Positions 60,513 to 64,000 of a stretch of DNA of 64,000 nt are shown in pieces. A model generated the notes under the pieces. That model had not been told where the DNA came from and made no database searches. It saw only the letters and a list, made by a program, of their open reading frames with translations. Made by a program: the position numbers and the translations under genes. How positions within the stretch are numbered: the first letter of the stretch is position 1; each line of letters opens with the position of its first letter. Source of the DNA: Macrostomum lignano (taxonomy: Eukaryota); the NCBI GenBank assembly GCA_002269645.1, contig NIVC01000065.1, positions 186,001-250,000 on the forward strand. Direction: 5' to 3'.

Positions 60513-63500
60513 ATGAGCAGTTCGCCAACAAAGCTCGATGAAGAGCAGCATGGCTCGGCCAGTCAGACCGACTCCAACAGCCCAGCAGCTGCAAACGGAG
60601 TCGAGACCTACTTTGACGAAAAAATCCCCATCCCAGAGGGCGACACGGATCCCAACGCCTGCTTCGGCACGGGTTTCTCCTTCCGCAAGCTATGGGCCTT
60701 CACTGGTCCGGGCTTCCTGATGAGCATCGCCTATTTGGATCCGGGAAATGTTGAGTCGGACCTGCAGAGCGGCAGTCTCGCCGGTTTCAAGCTGCTGTGG
60801 CTGCTGCTGCTCGCTCACATTCTTGGATTGTTGATGCAGCGCCTGGCTGCCCGGCTGGGAGTGGTCAGCGGTCAGCACCTGGCTGAGGTGTGCTCGAAGC
60901 TGTATCCGCGTGTGCCTCGGTTCATACTGTGGCTGATGATTGAAATTGCCATTATCGGATCCGATATGCAGGTAATGTACTATTATTAGGTTGCACTTTT
61001 AGAGACAGTTTTTAGGCGATAGAGTGTTCCATGCTAGATGCATGTTAGCTCAGGGAGCCCAGAGTTTGGTCAGGGTAGCAATTTGGCCGTCAATTTGTGA
61101 CAGCAAAATCAGTCGGTTTTTGAATCGATTTGCTACGAGCGTTCACCTGTTAGATTTAATCAAACACCTTGCTTGATGGGTGAGTCACTTGTGAGATAAA
61201 AGAGACCCTGTTGACACCTGATAAAAAAGTGAGGCATCTCGTATTCGGAAAAAACGTGTGATTACTAATTTATTATTATTATTATTAGTTACTATTAGAT
61301 GCCCTAATTTGGCCAGATGTGCAACCGACAGCTCAGCCACAGCTATTGCGCGGCGCATCTGAAGGCTGCGTACGGCTGTTCAGCCCAAGGACTGGGGGGG
61401 GGGGGTCGCCACACACAGCCTCAATTAGCCCAGCTAATGCTGGCACCCATTTTACAGCTGGGTGAATTGAAGCAATGCAGAGTTAAGCGTCTTGCTCAAG
61501 GACACAAATTGTTCCAGTGGGATCGGGAATCGAACCCCCGACCATTATTCGTTCAAGTCCGACGCTCTAACCACTGGGCTACAACCCTGCTAAAAACTAT
61601 GACCATGGACAACGGAAGTAGAAGGACACCAGTCGATTTTCTTTTTGTCGCATCGCCAGTGTATTTACGCTCGTCTGTTCCAGAGAACGCTTAGCGATGA
61701 ATGGGGTTTAGCCATAGACAAATTCAAATGAAACCCGTGCCTCCAGCTCATTTCTAAGAAAATAGGAGAGTAGTATCATTCTACATGTACTTCGATTGTC
61801 CGCGAGTATGGCATGGCAGATACATGTACATGAGATGCCTGCTCGATAAGTACGAACGCATGTTATTTTTATCTACCAAAAAACTTCACAGGAAGTAATT
61901 GGCACAGCAATCGCGCTCAACCTGATTTCAAACGGAGTCATGCCACTGTGGGCAGGCGTCCTTGTCACCATAGTGGACACGTTCACCTTCCTGCTAATTG
62001 AAGAGTGCGGCCTTCGCAAATTGGAAGCATTTTTCGGCGCTTTGATCACAGTGATGGCTGTGACATTTGGGTATGAATATGTGACAGTCAAACCCGATCA
62101 GGGACAGGTGCTAAAGGGTATGTTTGTGCCATGGTGCAGTGGCTGCGGCAGTGAGCAGCTTGAGCAGGTGAGGGAAATGATTCAATTATCTATGGTTGTC
62201 TAAGAATCTAGGGTTGTAGCAGCTTATCTAAGAATCTAGGGTTGTGTCAGCATATCTAAGAATCTAGGGTTGTGTCAGCAGCTTATCTAAGAATCTAGGG
62301 CTGTGTCAGCAGCTTATCTAAGAATCAAGGTTTTGTCAGCAGCTTATCTAAGAATCTAGGGTTGTGTCAGCAGCTTATCTAAGAATCTAGGGTTGTGTCA
62401 GCTTATCTAAGAATCTAGGGTTGTGTCAGCAGCTTATCTAAGAATCTAGGGCTGTGTCAGCAGCTTATCTAAGAATCTAGGGTTGTGTCAGCTTATCTAA
62501 GAATCTAGGGCTGTGTCAGCAGCTTATCTAAGAATCTAGGGCTGTGTCAGCTTATCTAAGAATCTAGGGTTGTGTCAGGAGCTTATCTAAGAATCTAGGG
62601 TTGTGTCAGCAGCTTATCTAAGAATCTAGGGCTGTGTCAGCAGCTTATCTAAGAATCTAGGGTTGTGTCAGCAGCTTATCTAAGAATCTAGGGTTGCGTC
62701 AGCTTATCTAAGAATCTAGGGTTGTGTCAGCAGCTTATCTAAGAATCTAGGGTTGTGTCAGCAGCTTATCTAAGAATCTAGGGTTGTGTCAGCTTATCTA
62801 AGAATCTAGGGCTGTGTCAGCAGCTTATCTAAGAATCTAGGGTTGTGTCAGCAGCTTATCTAAGAATCTAGGGTTGTGTCAGCAGCTTATCTAAGAATCT
62901 AGGGTTGTGTCAGCTTATCTAAGAATCTAGGGCTGTGTCAGCAGCTTATCTAAGAATCTAGGGTTGTGTCAGCAGCTTATCTAAGAATCTAGGGCTGTGT
63001 CAGCAGCTTATCTAAGAATCTAGGGTTGTGTCAGCTTATCTAAGAATCTAGGGTTGTGTCAGCAGCTTATCTAAGAATCTAGGGTTGTGTCAGCAGCTTA
63101 TCTAAGAATCTAGGGTTGTGGCAGCTTGTCTAAGAATCTAGGGTTGTGGCAGCTTATCTAAGATAACCTGTACTACTTAATTTGCACCAATTAACCCCTA
63201 CTCATCAACCGCAGGCGGTGGGCATCATTGGAGCCGTGATTATGCCGCACAACATCTACCTGCATTCGGCCTTGGTTCGCTCACGAAGTGTCAACCGTCG
63301 CTCAAAGCGAGCAGTTCGAGAAGCAAATTTCTACTTCTTCCTTGAGGCTGGAATCGCTCTTTTTGTGTCCTTCCTCATCAACATGTTTGTAGTGTCCGTG
63401 TTCGCCGAAGGCTACTTCGGCAAGGACCCGCAAACGGTTTACAACGCATGCGTTGCCGCTGGCAACCCGCACGCCGACGTGTTCAAAAACAGCAGCTCGG

Positions 63501-63611
63501 ATATGGACATTTTTCGCGGCGGCGTCTTTCTTGGCTGCGAGTTCGGCATCGCCTGCATGTACATCTGGGCGCTGGGCATCCTGGCTGCCGGGCAGTCTTC
63601 TACTATGACTG
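60513..63611 (+). CDS. nramp: NRAMP/SLC11 divalent metal transporter (Malvolio/DMT1-like), 5' part; continues beyond the window
   Basis: join(60513..60971,61892..62167,63215..63611). Motifs [32 protein letters not shown]|[42 protein letters not shown]. The third donor is read as GC (GCAAGT at 63612). Confidence 0.93.
61270..61590 (-). mobile_element. tRNA-derived SINE in NRAMP intron 1
   Basis: On the - strand: A box TAGCCCAGTGGTTAGAGC and B box GGTTCGATTCCC, then GTGTCCTTGAGCAAGACGCTTAAC...CACCCAGCTGTAAAATGGG (CORE/V-like central domain), ending in a (TAA)n tail. Confidence 0.85.
62200..63165. repeat. 31/28-bp minisatellite (GCAGCTTATCTAAGAATCTAGGGTTGTGTCA) in NRAMP intron 2
   Basis: About 30 units, with variants lacking one GCA. 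Confidence 0.96.
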
Positions 63612-63689
63612 GCAAGTGAAGCACTTGGAATTTCCTTGGATTCTCCCCTTTGTCCCTGAAGGCTTTGCTTGCCTAACAGCACCTGAAGC

Positions 63690-63810
63690 CCACAGAGAAT
63701 TCCAACCCAATAGGATTCCCCAATTCATAGGGTTCCCCAGGGAATCCCAACCAAAAGGATTCCCAGAGAATCCCAATCTGATAGGATTCCCCAGAGAATC
63801 CCAACCCCAT
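63690..63810. repeat. Short degenerate repeat (GGATTCCCCAGAGAATCCCAAC) in NRAMP intron 3
   Basis: Three to four imperfect units. Confidence 0.7.
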
Positions 63811-64000
63811 TTTATTATTTTTTATTAGAGGCAGGGGGGTTGTGTGCACCCTGGCGCACTTTAAGCGACATAGGCACATAACCGGCGAGAGGCATTACTG
63901 CCCATTCCGCCGACTCCCCTGAGCAGGCATACAAGCGCGCGGATACGTACGCAGGCACACACTCACACAGGAGTGTACAGCGGCCCTAACTTTATATTAT

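Noticed and set aside
61515-61590. tRNA gene
   Set aside because: A and B boxes are present, but they run into a SINE body and (TAA)n tail, and I could not fold a convincing acceptor stem.
2159-63165. Periodic ORFs over minisatellites (e.g. 3382..4056, 6507..7070, 31632..32415, 39302..40354, 42506..43495, 45593..46252, 49040..49478, 57001..57921)
   Set aside because: Peptide periodicity equals the DNA unit length; many begin with GTG/TTG; most are intronic or antisense.
63945-63956. ACG TAC GCA GGC (TYAG) as the next NRAMP exon
   Set aside because: No AG acceptor in the right phase, and the following codons do not give QFVMEGF; treated as coincidence.

Overview
Eukaryotic (metazoan) genomic DNA with GT-AG introns, GC-rich exons, minisatellite-filled introns and abundant TACATGTA. 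This style resembles a free-living flatworm such as Macrostomum (inference, not proven). Gene models from left to right: first exon of an RCC1-repeat (SERGEF-like) gene (-); a 4-exon Bak-like Bcl-2 family gene (-) with a decayed LOA-type LINE in intron 1; a convergent (tail-to-tail) pair of 3-exon cytosolic Hsp70 genes; a 1457-bp tandem duplication carrying a truncated Crypton/DUF3504-like ORF; an orphan two-TM ORF; a 2-exon POU4/Brn3 gene; a 4-exon mitochondrial ornithine carrier (-); an intronless OST3/6 (TUSC3/MAGT1) gene (-); an RT remnant with a nested insertion; a hAT-like MITE; and the first three exons of an NRAMP/SLC11 transporter. The most striking signal is that the 170-bp tandem repeat in intron 2 of each Hsp70 is three head-to-tail copies of a U14-like C/D box snoRNA (six copies in total). 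They lie inside a 2255-bp near-identical inverted tract that looks like ongoing gene conversion, and their domain-B/box-D end is altered relative to canonical U14.
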